Positions 1 through 9,374 of a stretch of DNA of 64,000 nt are shown in pieces (positions within the stretch are counted from its first letter, which is position 1; the number at the start of each line of letters is the position of its first letter). Source of the DNA: Planctomycetaceae bacterium (GTDB lineage Bacteria; Planctomycetota; Planctomycetia; Gemmatales; Gemmataceae). The position numbers were made by a program, and so were the translations under genes. Where the stretch lies: assembly GCA_013823135.1 (NCBI GenBank), contig PNLP01000018.1, forward strand, positions 19,541 to 83,540. The letters are read 5' to 3'. The notes beneath the pieces were generated by a model. It did not search any database, was not told the DNA's origin, and was given only the letters and a program-made list of their open reading frames with translations.

Positions 1-45
1 GGTTTGCAAACATGATTTGATCGTTCGGGAGGTGAGATTGCACCC

Positions 46-390
46 CTAGACGATTCGCGATACTGCGAGCGCTGTGCCAACAACGATACAAATGTAACGG
101 AAACAACCGCTCTGGCCAACAGGAGCAAGCATTGCCTGGAGGTCCGCATCGGCTTCATCACAGGCTTTGATGAACCTGGCTCGATCGTCGATTTTCTCGT
201 AGTTCGCCTCGTGAACGATCTTGTTGCGGACCGTAGCAATGAACCGAAGTTTCTTCACCAAAGCCGGTTGGAGCCGGTCTTGCACGCTGGATACCTTCTC
301 GTGAAGGCCTTTGCCCGTGGCACCAAGCGCCTGCTCAAGAAACGATTCGAGCGATTTCGTCCGCGTGATCGCCAGTTCGATATCGCTCAT
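46..390 (-). CDS. small HEPN-like protein (Rx4H motif) with hydrophobic C-terminal tail
   Basis: 114-aa ATG ORF. ATVRNKIVHE fits the HEPN Rx4-6H signature. The last ~18 aa (FRYICIVVGTALAVSRIV) are hydrophobic. No partner ORF lies in the 180-bp upstream spacer. Confidence 0.5.
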   Translation of the reverse strand: MSDIELAITRTKSLESFLEQALGATGKGLHEKVSSVQDRLQPALVKKLRFIATVRNKIVHEANYEKIDDRARFIKACDEADADLQAMLAPVGQSGCFRYICIVVGTALAVSRIV

Positions 391-569
391 CGGTGGGATC
401 GTCCCAGTTTGGAGTTCGGGATGAAAAACCAGAACGTCTGACTGACACTGGAGATCGTTCTGAGTTCACGAGGCGGCATGTTGGGATTCCCACAGGGTAC
501 GGAATTAACCGTGCCGCGTTGGCTCACGCCTGACATACATTATGGTGACAACTGTGCCTCGAGGAAGAC

Positions 570-1637
570 ATGTCCACAGAACCAATCCGGCTAACGAAGC
601 TCGCCAAGCGAGCCGGCTGCGCGGCGAAGCACCCGCCTGGGTTCTTGTTGCCCCTCCTGGGAATGCTGCCTCCCGTCACGGACCCGAACGTCCTCGTTGG
701 TAGTTCGACGGCAGACGATGCGGCGATCTACAGGATGTCAGCCGACCTCGCGTTGGTGCTCACGACGGATTTCTTCACGCCCATCGTTGATGGGCCGCGA
801 GACTTCGGCCGAGTTGCCGCGGCAAACGCACTCTCTGACGTCTACGCGATGGGTGGCAAACCCTTGTCGGCATTGAGCATCGTGGGATTCCCGGAAAATC
901 TCCCGGTCGCGATTCTCGGAGAGATCCTGGCAGGCGCAGCCGAAATTGCGGCCGAGGCGGGTTGCCCGATCATTGGTGGCCACACCATCAAGAGTGAAGA
1001 ACCCATCTTCGGGCTCGCAGTCGTCGGAACGGTCCACCCTGACCGTGTTCTCAGTAACGCGGGAGCGAAACCTGGCGACCTCCTGATCCTCACTAAACCA
1101 CTCGGACTTGGGATCATCTCTACTGCCGCGAAGAATGGTCTCGACTCGAAAGGCGCGATCGCCGAGGCCATCCGTGTGATGACTACGCTGAACCGGTCGG
1201 CCGCAGAAGTGCTGACGCAGTTCGATGTTCATGCGCTGACAGATGTGACCGGTTTCGGCCTGCTTGGGCATTTGCGGAACGTAACAGCCGCGAGCAGCGT
1301 GACGGCCGAGGTTTGGGCTGATGCTGTTCCCATTATGGATGCTGCTCGGGAGTATGTCGCAGCGTCGATCGCGCCAGGCGGAACGCGAGCAAATTTGAAG
1401 TTTCTGGACGAGTGGGTGGACTGGGATGCAGACACTTCGCTCGAACTCAAACTACTCCTGTGCGACGCTCAAACGTCTGGCGGGTTGCTTGCCTCTGTGC
1501 CTGCGGCGCAGGCCCACGAAGTCGCAAAGGCGCTAACTGCGGCCGGGACACTTGCGGCGGCGATCGTAGGGCGGATCGTCGGGCCTGGAGCCGGCCGGAT
1601 CAACATCGTTCCTGGGTCGGGCTTGGCCGGAGTCTGA
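570..1637 (+). CDS. selD: selenide, water dikinase SelD (Cys-type active site)
   Basis: Collinear with E. coli SelD from memory: IRLTKLAKRAGCAAK N-terminus, DDAAIY, TTDFFTPIVD, GGKP, DVTGFGLLGH, CDAQTSGGLL. Confidence 0.9.
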   Translation: MSTEPIRLTKLAKRAGCAAKHPPGFLLPLLGMLPPVTDPNVLVGSSTADDAAIYRMSADLALVLTTDFFTPIVDGPRDFGRVAAANALSDVYAMGGKPLSALSIVGFPENLPVAILGEILAGAAEIAAEAGCPIIGGHTIKSEEPIFGLAVVGTVHPDRVLSNAGAKPGDLLILTKPLGLGIISTAAKNGLDSKGAIAEAIRVMTTLNRSAAEVLTQFDVHALTDVTGFGLLGHLRNVTAASSVTAEVWADAVPIMDAAREYVAASIAPGGTRANLKFLDEWVDWDADTSLELKLLLCDAQTSGGLLASVPAAQAHEVAKALTAAGTLAAAIVGRIVGPGAGRINIVPGSGLAGV

Positions 1638-1830
1638 GAGCAGTGAACCCGTGTTGTTGGGAGATCACGGGATAGCCACCATATGGGAATCCCCAACTCC
1701 CGCACTCATTGGCCCTTCGTGGTTCAAATCATTCTGCGAGTGGTGTGAGTTGCTGCTGCCATTTGCGTCTACTCTGCATGCGCGTGGCTCCGGCCGCGTC
1801 GGTTGGCAGATTCACGCGAGGGCACCTGTC

Positions 1831-3822
1831 ATGGCTGGAAGACGTTTTGTCCGGTTGCTGGCCGCGATCCTTGGATTCACGAGCGGGGCGACCGTGGTCA
1901 ACGCCAGGCAGACGCCCGAGATCGAGGCAGCGTTGCGTGCCCAACTCTTACAACTCAAACAGGTTCAGCCAAAGGCTACTCCGCAGCCACCCGCGAAATC
2001 ACGACCCGTTTCGAGTGCTCCCTCTGAGGGCGTCATCGCACGCCTGGGAGACAGCCGTCTGCGGCATGCTGCGAAACCGCTATGTGTCGCGTTTTCCCCC
2101 GATGGTAAACGGCTATTCTCGGGCGGCGAGGATGGCATGGTGCGAGTGTGGGAGACCGCCACCGGCAAATCCGTGAAAGTCCTCCACACTCGGGACACAG
2201 CTGTGCTGCACATGGGGTTCACTCACGGCGGGACACAACTCGCCGTGCAATTTGCCGACAACAGCGTTTTGTTCTTGAACCCCGAAACATTGCAAGAAGT
2301 CTCCAAGTTCTCTGGGCAATTTGGAACCAAGTGCGCGATTTCGAACAACAACCGGTACGTTGCACATTTCGGAGGCAGCGGGCTCCTGAGAGTGACCGAC
2401 CTCGACACCAAGCTCGAACAACTGGAACTCCCTGTTGGATCCCCATATCAGTTCCACCCGAACAACAAGACACTCGCTGTCGCCAACCCGAAGGGTGTCG
2501 TCACCCTGTACATGCTCGCGGGCGGAAAGCCGGTGATGACCTTCGACAATGGTGACAAGATCACCAGCCTCGCGTTCAGCCCTGACGGCAAGCGGGTGGC
2601 CTGTGGTGTCGGCGGAGTCGCAAAGGTTTGGGACATCGCTGACGGCAAAACCGCGAAGGTCATAGCGGAGGTGGAAGAAGCCGGTCGTGTTGGTCGATGG
2701 CTCGACAACAATCAGCTCACAGTGGGAGGCTTGGATGCTGCGGGCGTATACGACTTGAGCACGAAGAAATGGGTCGGCCGAGCCCAGGGAGTCGCTGGCG
2801 AGTGGGCGATCTCCCCCGATGGCTCACGGCTGGCCGCAACGGGGTCCGGCGGGTTGCGGATTCGCCTGTGGGATCTGGCCACGGGAACGCAGGTCCACGC
2901 GGAGAATGATGCGTTTCCCGAGTCGGCGTTGCTCGCGCCAACGGCCGATGGAAAGGCAGTCTTCGTGTTGGCAGGTGAGAACGCGTTCCTGTGGCCACTC
3001 AACAAATCCACCGCCACCCTGGCTGGTAAACTGCCTGGCAAGGCGGTGCTCGCCGCAAGCGGGAAGGACCGGCTCGCAGTCGCCATGGCCCAAGGGGTGC
3101 TGGTCTACGACAACTTCGATTCCGCGCAACCACTGGCCACAAAGCCGAGCCGTACGATCACGGAGAACGCTGGAGGGTGTCGCTCTCTTGCGGTTTCATC
3201 AGATGGGAAGACTGTGGCCTACTCCGGCGACGCAGCCAAGATTGTGATTGCAGATGCAACCACGGCGAAGACGCTGCGAACGCTGCCCGTCCAAACCATC
3301 GCGATTTCGCTGGCTTTCAACCCAGGTGGTGACAAGCTCGCCACGGTCGGTCGCGACGGGTTCTTGCGGCTATCACCAACCACTGGCGAGGAAGCGGATT
3401 TGTGGAAAGTCCGGGTCCAGCGCGGGCAACGTGGAAGCGTCGCGTTTAGCCCCGATGGCAAGTACATCGCCGCGACGTCATCGGGCCTCATCAAAGTGGT
3501 GAACACCAGCGACGGCTCGGAGGTATTCGCGGTGGGCGGAGTCTTCGAGAACGGGTTATTCCAACAGGTCGCGTTCAGCTCGGATGGCCGGTTCCTGATC
3601 GCCGCATCCGAAGGGATGACCGGCGGCATTCGCGTGTGGGAGATGTCCACCCAATCGCTGGTTCGCCAGTTCACCACCGGGTTCGGCACAGTGTATCGGC
3701 TGGGCGTTTTTGCAGACGGCACACGGCTCGTTTCAGCCGGTGCGGAGGAAGCGATCACGGTGTGGGATCTCACGGGTCGCCACGGTAAGGAAGCTCCCAA
3801 GGCCGAATTGCCCAAACGGTAG
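1831..3822 (+). CDS. secreted WD40-repeat protein
   Basis: ATG at 1831 gives the signal-like MAGRRFVRLLAAILGFTSGATVVNA. Repeated SPDGK...VWD/LWD blades follow. The longer ORF from 1651 has no signal peptide. Confidence 0.8.
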   Translation: MAGRRFVRLLAAILGFTSGATVVNARQTPEIEAALRAQLLQLKQVQPKATPQPPAKSRPVSSAPSEGVIARLGDSRLRHAAKPLCVAFSPDGKRLFSGGEDGMVRVWETATGKSVKVLHTRDTAVLHMGFTHGGTQLAVQFADNSVLFLNPETLQEVSKFSGQFGTKCAISNNNRYVAHFGGSGLLRVTDLDTKLEQLELPVGSPYQFHPNNKTLAVANPKGVVTLYMLAGGKPVMTFDNGDKITSLAFSPDGKRVACGVGGVAKVWDIADGKTAKVIAEVEEAGRVGRWLDNNQLTVGGLDAAGVYDLSTKKWVGRAQGVAGEWAISPDGSRLAATGSGGLRIRLWDLATGTQVHAENDAFPESALLAPTADGKAVFVLAGENAFLWPLNKSTATLAGKLPGKAVLAASGKDRLAVAMAQGVLVYDNFDSAQPLATKPSRTITENAGGCRSLAVSSDGKTVAYSGDAAKIVIADATTAKTLRTLPVQTIAISLAFNPGGDKLATVGRDGFLRLSPTTGEEADLWKVRVQRGQRGSVAFSPDGKYIAATSSGLIKVVNTSDGSEVFAVGGVFENGLFQQVAFSSDGRFLIAASEGMTGGIRVWEMSTQSLVRQFTTGFGTVYRLGVFADGTRLVSAGAEEAITVWDLTGRHGKEAPKAELPKR

Positions 3823-3845
3823 CTGCCGATGACATGCGGGCTTTT

Positions 3846-4026
3846 TGATTCCGGGCAAGTGGCGCACCCCTCTCTGGAACCATTCCATTCGTCCGGAAGA
3901 AAGTTCGTGAGAACAATTTCACGCTTTGCATGAACACGTAAAATGTGATAATCACCGACGGTTATGGCGTGTCGTGTGGGTAAGAGATGAGTGTTCAGCC
4001 GAGGGCTCGCATCAGAATCATGCGAG
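3846..4026. repeat. conserved ~181-nt noncoding element, copy A (candidate structured RNA)
   Basis: Its first ~80 nt are ~90% identical to 55771-55850, and the shared 3' block gaatcatgcgag lies at the same distance (181 vs 182 nt). Sits in the 274-bp spacer between convergent genes. Confidence 0.6.
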
Positions 4027-4096
4027 ACAGAAACTGACGGCCGAGAATCACCGGCTCTCGGGCGAATCCTGATTTCGTCTGCTTTTGCTTGGCTTC

Positions 4097-4765
4097 TCAC
4101 TTCCGGCGTAACGCTTCCGCTTCCACGACCTGTTTCTGAATCTCGTTCTGAAGATCCGCCAGCATTTCGTCCCGACTAGAGCCTTTGTAACGCGCCGGAT
4201 CGATCGGCTTGCCAATCGAGACTCCGATTGTGCTTTGTTCGGCTGGCACGAGCAGCGGCGAGAAGTTTGGGATGATTGTGAAACGGTTCCACGCTGTGAA
4301 CGCACCCGCGATTCCCACGGCCACGATCGGGCAGTTCAACCGTTTGATCAGCAGTGAAATGCCGGGTTTCAGTGGTTGCACATCGCCCGAATGGGTTCGT
4401 TCGCCCTCCGGGAACACGAGGACCGCCCGCCCGTGCGTGAGTCGGTCGAGCACGGCCTGAATGCCGTCCTTCCCCATGCCGCGATCGATGGGCACTGAGC
4501 CGAGGCTCTCGATCAGTGGCCCGAGCAGGGGGACCTCGAACAGCGTCTTGCGGGCGAGGAACGTGAGGTAGCGTGGGCACGACAGGCCGACGAGCATCGG
4601 GTCGAACATCGACTGATGATTGGAGACGATCAGGACGGGACCGCGTTTCGGCACGTTCCCCCGCCCGATCCCGCGGTAGCTGAACCCGAAAGTGAACGCA
4701 CCCCACGAGGCCCAGTAAGCGGCGTCGTACCACATGCGGCCGATCAGGCCCGGTCGGTCATGCAT
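4097..4765 (-). CDS. plsC: 1-acyl-sn-glycerol-3-phosphate acyltransferase
   Basis: NHQSMFDP (HX4D) and FPEGERT acyltransferase motifs. Overlaps the cmk end by 22 nt. Alternative ATG at 4735. Confidence 0.85.
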   Translation of the reverse strand: MHDRPGLIGRMWYDAAYWASWGAFTFGFSYRGIGRGNVPKRGPVLIVSNHQSMFDPMLVGLSCPRYLTFLARKTLFEVPLLGPLIESLGSVPIDRGMGKDGIQAVLDRLTHGRAVLVFPEGERTHSGDVQPLKPGISLLIKRLNCPIVAVGIAGAFTAWNRFTIIPNFSPLLVPAEQSTIGVSIGKPIDPARYKGSSRDEMLADLQNEIQKQVVEAEALRRK

Positions 4766-5403
4766 CGCCGAACAACCCCTTCCATCTCGTCCAACACCGC
4801 TTCGACTGTCCGGTGCGAAGTATCGATCACGTGCGCGTCGGCTGGCTGTTTCAGGGGGCTGTCGGCCCGCTCGCTGTCTCGTCGATCGCGTTCCACCAAT
4901 TCGGCCAGTTCACGTTCGAGGGTTGTCTGAACACCTCGCAGCGTGAGTTCGTTATAGCGGCGCTCGGCACGTACGCGAGCATCGGCGGTAACGAAGAACT
5001 TCACCGGTGCGTCGGGGAACACGACCGTTCCCTGGTCGCGGCCTTCGGTAATCATGTCTCGCCCCTGACCGATGCGGCGTTGCTGGGGGACGAGAAAGGC
5101 TCGCACGGCCGCCACGGCCGCGACCTTACTCGCACCCTGGGAGATGTGCGGAGCACGGATTGCGTCGGTCACGTCGTCGCCATTCAGGAGGACTCGCCCG
5201 GGGGGCATTTCGATGTGAATGTCGGGAAGGATGTGCTCGACGGCCACATCGTCGTCGCACGGGACACTGGCACGGTGTGCCGCGAATGCCACGGCTCGGT
5301 ACATCGCTCCGGTGTCGAGGTACGCGAACCCGAGGCGGGCGGCGATCCCTTTCGCCACCGTCCCCTTCCCCGATGCAGCCGGCCCGTCGATGGTCACAAT
5401 CAT
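4744..5403 (-). CDS. cmk: cytidylate kinase
   Basis: N-terminus MIVTIDGPAASGKGTVAKGIAARLGFAYLDTGAMYRA, the typical Cmk P-loop and following block. Confidence 0.9.
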   Translation of the reverse strand: MIVTIDGPAASGKGTVAKGIAARLGFAYLDTGAMYRAVAFAAHRASVPCDDDVAVEHILPDIHIEMPPGRVLLNGDDVTDAIRAPHISQGASKVAAVAAVRAFLVPQQRRIGQGRDMITEGRDQGTVVFPDAPVKFFVTADARVRAERRYNELTLRGVQTTLERELAELVERDRRDSERADSPLKQPADAHVIDTSHRTVEAVLDEMEGVVRRCMTDRA

Positions 5404-5492
5404 GCGGTGCCCGGAGAACTACGGAGAATTGAGTCTTGGCGAGCGGACTGGCATGCGCCCCGAGTCTTGGCCCGCTCGCACGTATCGAACAG

Positions 5493-5888
5493 TCACTTCT
5501 TGTTGGTCACCTTCAGCTCGACCTTCGTCTTCTTCTGCGCTTCCCGGACGACTATTCGCGTCGCGGTGTTCTCGGGCACGTCGGCCGTGAACGAATCCGC
5601 TTTCCCCTTCTTCTGGCCAAGTGCCTTTTTGGGGTCGGACGAAAGCAAGCCGTCCTCGCCCTTCGCGTCGGCTTCCTTGAACAGGAGCACCAGCACATCG
5701 CCATCAGCCGACTTGAAATCCACGGTGATCTTCTGCGGTTTCGGCTGGGGATCGAGTTCGATCGCCTGGGCTTCGCCGGGAGAGACGTCGTAACTCCTGG
5801 TCACTTCCAACTTGGCCGCACGTGTGCAGCCGACGACGGACATGCAACCGGCTACGAGAATCATCGCGGAAACGAGGCGAGCGAACAT
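5493..5888 (-). CDS. hypothetical lipoprotein
   Basis: ATG at 5888 gives MFARLVSAMILVAGC, a lipobox-like signal. Small Lys/Asp-rich mature part. No recognised domain. Confidence 0.6.
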   Translation of the reverse strand: MFARLVSAMILVAGCMSVVGCTRAAKLEVTRSYDVSPGEAQAIELDPQPKPQKITVDFKSADGDVLVLLFKEADAKGEDGLLSSDPKKALGQKKGKADSFTADVPENTATRIVVREAQKKTKVELKVTNKK

Positions 5889-5984
5889 AGGCAACACTCC
5901 TGGGAGATGGGTTTAGCACTCGCCCCAACGGGGCGAGCAATGCACACGTTGGTTCACCGAATCAGCCACTCGGCGACTGCTGAT

Positions 5985-7781
5985 TTACTCGACTTTCTTG
6001 AACAATGATTCCAGCATCTTGGCGGCGGTTTCTAGCGACGCAATGGGCACGAACCCTGTCACAGTCGCGACCTCGCCCTTGAGTGTAACCGCGAACCCGA
6101 GGTACGCGGGTTGACCGCCCTCGACCTTCTTCACGATGCCGATCTGCGGGAATCCGGGGATCGCGTCGGCAGCCGGCTTCATGGCCGCGACCAGCCCGTT
6201 GATCGCTGACTCGATCTCCGCGATGAACAGCACATTCGCTTCGGCAGGAAGTTGTTCACGTACTTTCTTGAAGCCCGCGTTGGCCCCGATGGTCGCCTTA
6301 CCACCGAGGTACTGATCAATCAGTTTCTTCGCGGCCTCCCAGTCCTTCGCCATCACACGAACCACAACTTTGCCATCGGAGCCAATCCACTGTGCGGCTT
6401 TCTCGGGCACGGCGCGTTTGAACGCCTCCAGTGTCGCGTCGCGAACCATCTCCGGGAGTGCCGCAACGCTGGCCTCAAAATCGAAGTTCAGGTTCACGGA
6501 TGCAAAGGTGAATCCCGCGTGCTTCTCGGCATCGTCCCCCACTCGCGGGGCCGACTTCACCACGATACCGTTGACGCGACCGCCCGCCCCGATGGCTTTG
6601 AATGCCTTGGCCAGTCCCTTGGCAGCCTTGTCCGCGTCCTTGTAGGCCGTCACGGTGATCGACGCTGCGGGCGGCAACGCTGCGCTGTACTCCGCGCCCG
6701 GCCCGGCATCGGCAACAGCCTTCAAGTGCTGTTCGAGCAACTCGGCCCCCTTGCCATCGTCGTCGGTCGTGGCGAATTCCTGGCCGAGGTCACGCACCAC
6801 CTCGCTGATCGCCTTGCCGAACTTCATCGCGGTGTAGGTACCCAGGCCAGTCGGCAGTTTTGCGATGTCCGCCATCGTCTCGGGCTTCTCGGTAGCAAGC
6901 AACTTCGCGCTGGGAGAGTTTTCGGAGAACCGAATCTGGAGCCGGACAAACACACCTTCCGGGCGAAGTTCAACCGCAGCGACAACCCCACGGCTATCTT
7001 CAACCCCCTGCACCAACCCCTTGAGGATCACTTTCACAGCTTCGATTTGTTTCTTGTTGAGCGAACCAAGCGCGCCCTGCTGTGCAGCCTGTTGGAGAGC
7101 GAAATCGACCAGCCCTTTGAACTCCCGAATCTGGTCGCCGAACTGGTCATTGATCGCGTCCATGTTCACGTACAACGCGAGGTCGGCCTTGAGGAACGTC
7201 TCGGCGAGATCGGTGCCGAGTTGGTCGGAGTTGGCGGTCGCGAACTTCGCTGCGTGTGCTTCGGCAGTCGCCTTGTCGAGCGTGATCGCCGTGTAATCCT
7301 TGAGATCAACGAGGTACGCGGGCTGTTCCTCACCGAACGCCGCGGTCTTGATTGAGTCAACGCCGTCCTTGCCATTGTCGAGCGTCTTGAATTCTTCCTT
7401 CGTGAGGAACGACTTGAGGAAGTCCTTGTGCTTCGTGACGGGGACGAACACGGACACGGCAGGCGTGTCCTGGATGAGCGACGCCAGGTCGTTCAGGACC
7501 ACGAAGCCGCGAGCGTCTTTGCGAACGTCGTCCAGCTTTCGGCCTTCGAAGAGTTGGTCCAGTTCGCCGTCGAGTAGCTTGGTGACGCGGGCTGCGTCCT
7601 TGGGCAACGCGGCCGTAAGCAACTTGTTGAGTCGTCCGCGGGCGGTGTCGTACCCGTTAATGGACACGACGATGGGTGCTTTCGCCGGGAACGGGAGTGC
7701 CGTCCCCTTCTTGGCGTCGGCCGCGTTGGTTGCCGGGGCCGCCAGAGCGATGGCGAGTGCCGCGAACGCGAATCGAAACAT
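5985..7781 (-). CDS. secreted hypothetical protein (598 aa)
   Basis: ATG start and signal peptide MFRFAFAALAIALAAPATNAADA. Long uninterrupted ORF with ordinary composition. No motif recognised. Confidence 0.7.
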   Translation of the reverse strand: MFRFAFAALAIALAAPATNAADAKKGTALPFPAKAPIVVSINGYDTARGRLNKLLTAALPKDAARVTKLLDGELDQLFEGRKLDDVRKDARGFVVLNDLASLIQDTPAVSVFVPVTKHKDFLKSFLTKEEFKTLDNGKDGVDSIKTAAFGEEQPAYLVDLKDYTAITLDKATAEAHAAKFATANSDQLGTDLAETFLKADLALYVNMDAINDQFGDQIREFKGLVDFALQQAAQQGALGSLNKKQIEAVKVILKGLVQGVEDSRGVVAAVELRPEGVFVRLQIRFSENSPSAKLLATEKPETMADIAKLPTGLGTYTAMKFGKAISEVVRDLGQEFATTDDDGKGAELLEQHLKAVADAGPGAEYSAALPPAASITVTAYKDADKAAKGLAKAFKAIGAGGRVNGIVVKSAPRVGDDAEKHAGFTFASVNLNFDFEASVAALPEMVRDATLEAFKRAVPEKAAQWIGSDGKVVVRVMAKDWEAAKKLIDQYLGGKATIGANAGFKKVREQLPAEANVLFIAEIESAINGLVAAMKPAADAIPGFPQIGIVKKVEGGQPAYLGFAVTLKGEVATVTGFVPIASLETAAKMLESLFKKVE

Positions 7782-8186
7782 GGCGGAACCTCGGAATGAG
7801 TGTTGTGTTCATCGTGAGATGTTCCGTGGCGAGAGTCAATGGCCGGCTGCAACGACTTTCGCTTTTGGCATGTGACAGACTTGCACTCCGTCTGAGAGAA
7901 GTTTGCGTGCAGTACGACAGCTGAGCATCACCGGATTCGGGACCGAAGGTTCGTTCGATCGCGTGATTTGTCAAGGCCAGCTTGCTTTCGAAGAGACCCA
8001 TGACCCTCACTCGTCCCAAATTTTGGGGATGACTCAGATCACCTGATTGAGTATTTGCTTATCCCGGCCGAGTGATGAGGCTCCTCTGGTCCGGATGGCG
8101 ATGACGCAACTGCATGGAGTGGCACGGCCCTCCGCCAATCTTGAATGTGGCCCCGCTGAAGTGCGTGTGGACCACGGAGGAATGTG

Positions 8187-9362
8187 ATGACCGATCAGGT
8201 GATTCCTTACAACAAGCCGTTCATCGCCGGGAAAGAACTGTTCTACATCGCGCAAGCGGTGATCAACGGGAACATCGCCGGCGACGGCCACTTCACTCGC
8301 AAGTGCGCCGAACTGCTGCAAACTCGCTTCGGCATCCACAAAGTGTTGATGACGCCTTCTTGCACCGCGTCCCTTGAGATGGCAGCCCTGCTGTGTGATT
8401 TGAAGCCTGGCGACGAAGTCATCATGCCTTCCTTCACGTTCGTTTCCACCGCGAGCGCGGTGGCGAGAATCGGGGCAATCCCACGCTTCGTGGACATCAA
8501 CCCCGAGACACTCAACCTGGATGAGCGTCTGATCCCGGCCGCCATCAACGAACGCACGCGGGCGATTTGGCCGGTGCACTACGCTGGCGTCTCCTGCGAG
8601 ATGGATCCCATCCTGGCGACGGCCAATCGCCACGGTCTGGCAGTCGTCGAGGACGCTGCACAGGGCGTCAACTCGTTCTACAAGGGGCGTGCGCTCGGCT
8701 CGATTGGTGCTCTAGGCACTTACAGCTTCCATGAGACCAAGAACTTCATTTGCGGAGAGGGCGGCGCCCTGTGCATCAACGACCCCAAGATGGTCGAGCG
8801 TGCGGAGATTCTTCGCGATAAGGGGACCAACCGCAAGCAGTTCCTACGCGGCCAGGTTGACAAGTACACATGGGTTGACGTGGGATCTTCCTACGTCCCC
8901 AGCGAGATCTGTAGCGCGTTCCTCTACGCTCAACTCGAGATGAGCGAACACATCACGCAACGGCGGCGCGAACTACACGAGTACTACGAGGAACGGTTGT
9001 CCCCGCTTATGGCCGATGGGCTGCTGCGGTTGCCTATTTGTCCGCGGAACTGCACCCCCAACTACCACATTTTCTACCTCCTGTTGCCCACCGAGGGCGC
9101 CCGGAACGAGTTGCTCGACAACCTCCGACGCAACGGCATCATGGCGGTCTTCCACTACATCCCGCTGCACGACTCCCCCGTCGGCCAGACCTACGGCTAC
9201 CGACCGGGTGACCTGCCGGTGACGGAGGACATTAGCCGCCGCCTGATCCGCCTCCCGCTGTACTACACGATGACCGAGGAAAGCCAGGCACGTGTCGTCG
9301 CTCAGGTCGAGAGTTGCCTGCGTGGTCTGGGTGTCCGTTTCAACCGGAACCTGGCAGCGTAA
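8187..9362 (+). CDS. wecE: dTDP-4-amino-4,6-dideoxygalactose transaminase (DegT/WecE family)
   Basis: Near-collinear with E. coli WecE from memory: GDGHFTRKC, LMTPSCTASLEMAALL, GDEVIMPSFTFVSTA, VHYAGV.CEMD, FHETKN, REKGTNR.QF.RGQVDKYTW.D.GSSY, AVFHYIPLH. GGAGG lies 6 nt before ATG 8187 (GTG at 8184 is also in frame). Confidence 0.85.
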   Translation: MTDQVIPYNKPFIAGKELFYIAQAVINGNIAGDGHFTRKCAELLQTRFGIHKVLMTPSCTASLEMAALLCDLKPGDEVIMPSFTFVSTASAVARIGAIPRFVDINPETLNLDERLIPAAINERTRAIWPVHYAGVSCEMDPILATANRHGLAVVEDAAQGVNSFYKGRALGSIGALGTYSFHETKNFICGEGGALCINDPKMVERAEILRDKGTNRKQFLRGQVDKYTWVDVGSSYVPSEICSAFLYAQLEMSEHITQRRRELHEYYEERLSPLMADGLLRLPICPRNCTPNYHIFYLLLPTEGARNELLDNLRRNGIMAVFHYIPLHDSPVGQTYGYRPGDLPVTEDISRRLIRLPLYYTMTEESQARVVAQVESCLRGLGVRFNRNLAA

Positions 9363-9374
9363 ACGGGAGGTGTC

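Noticed and set aside
1700-1725. tRNA T-arm-like string ggttcaaatc
   Set aside because: No acceptor, D or anticodon stems can be drawn around it. It lies in the untranslated leader/ORF region of the WD40 gene.
3860-3880. Sigma-54-like tggcgcac string in copy A of the 181-nt element
   Set aside because: No TTGC lies at the right spacing, and the GG/GC dinucleotides are not conserved in copy B (gatgcacac).
8034-8633. 199-aa minus-strand ORF upstream of and overlapping wecE
   Set aside because: It overlaps the strongly supported wecE coding region in antisense, has shadow-frame composition, and no recognisable motif.
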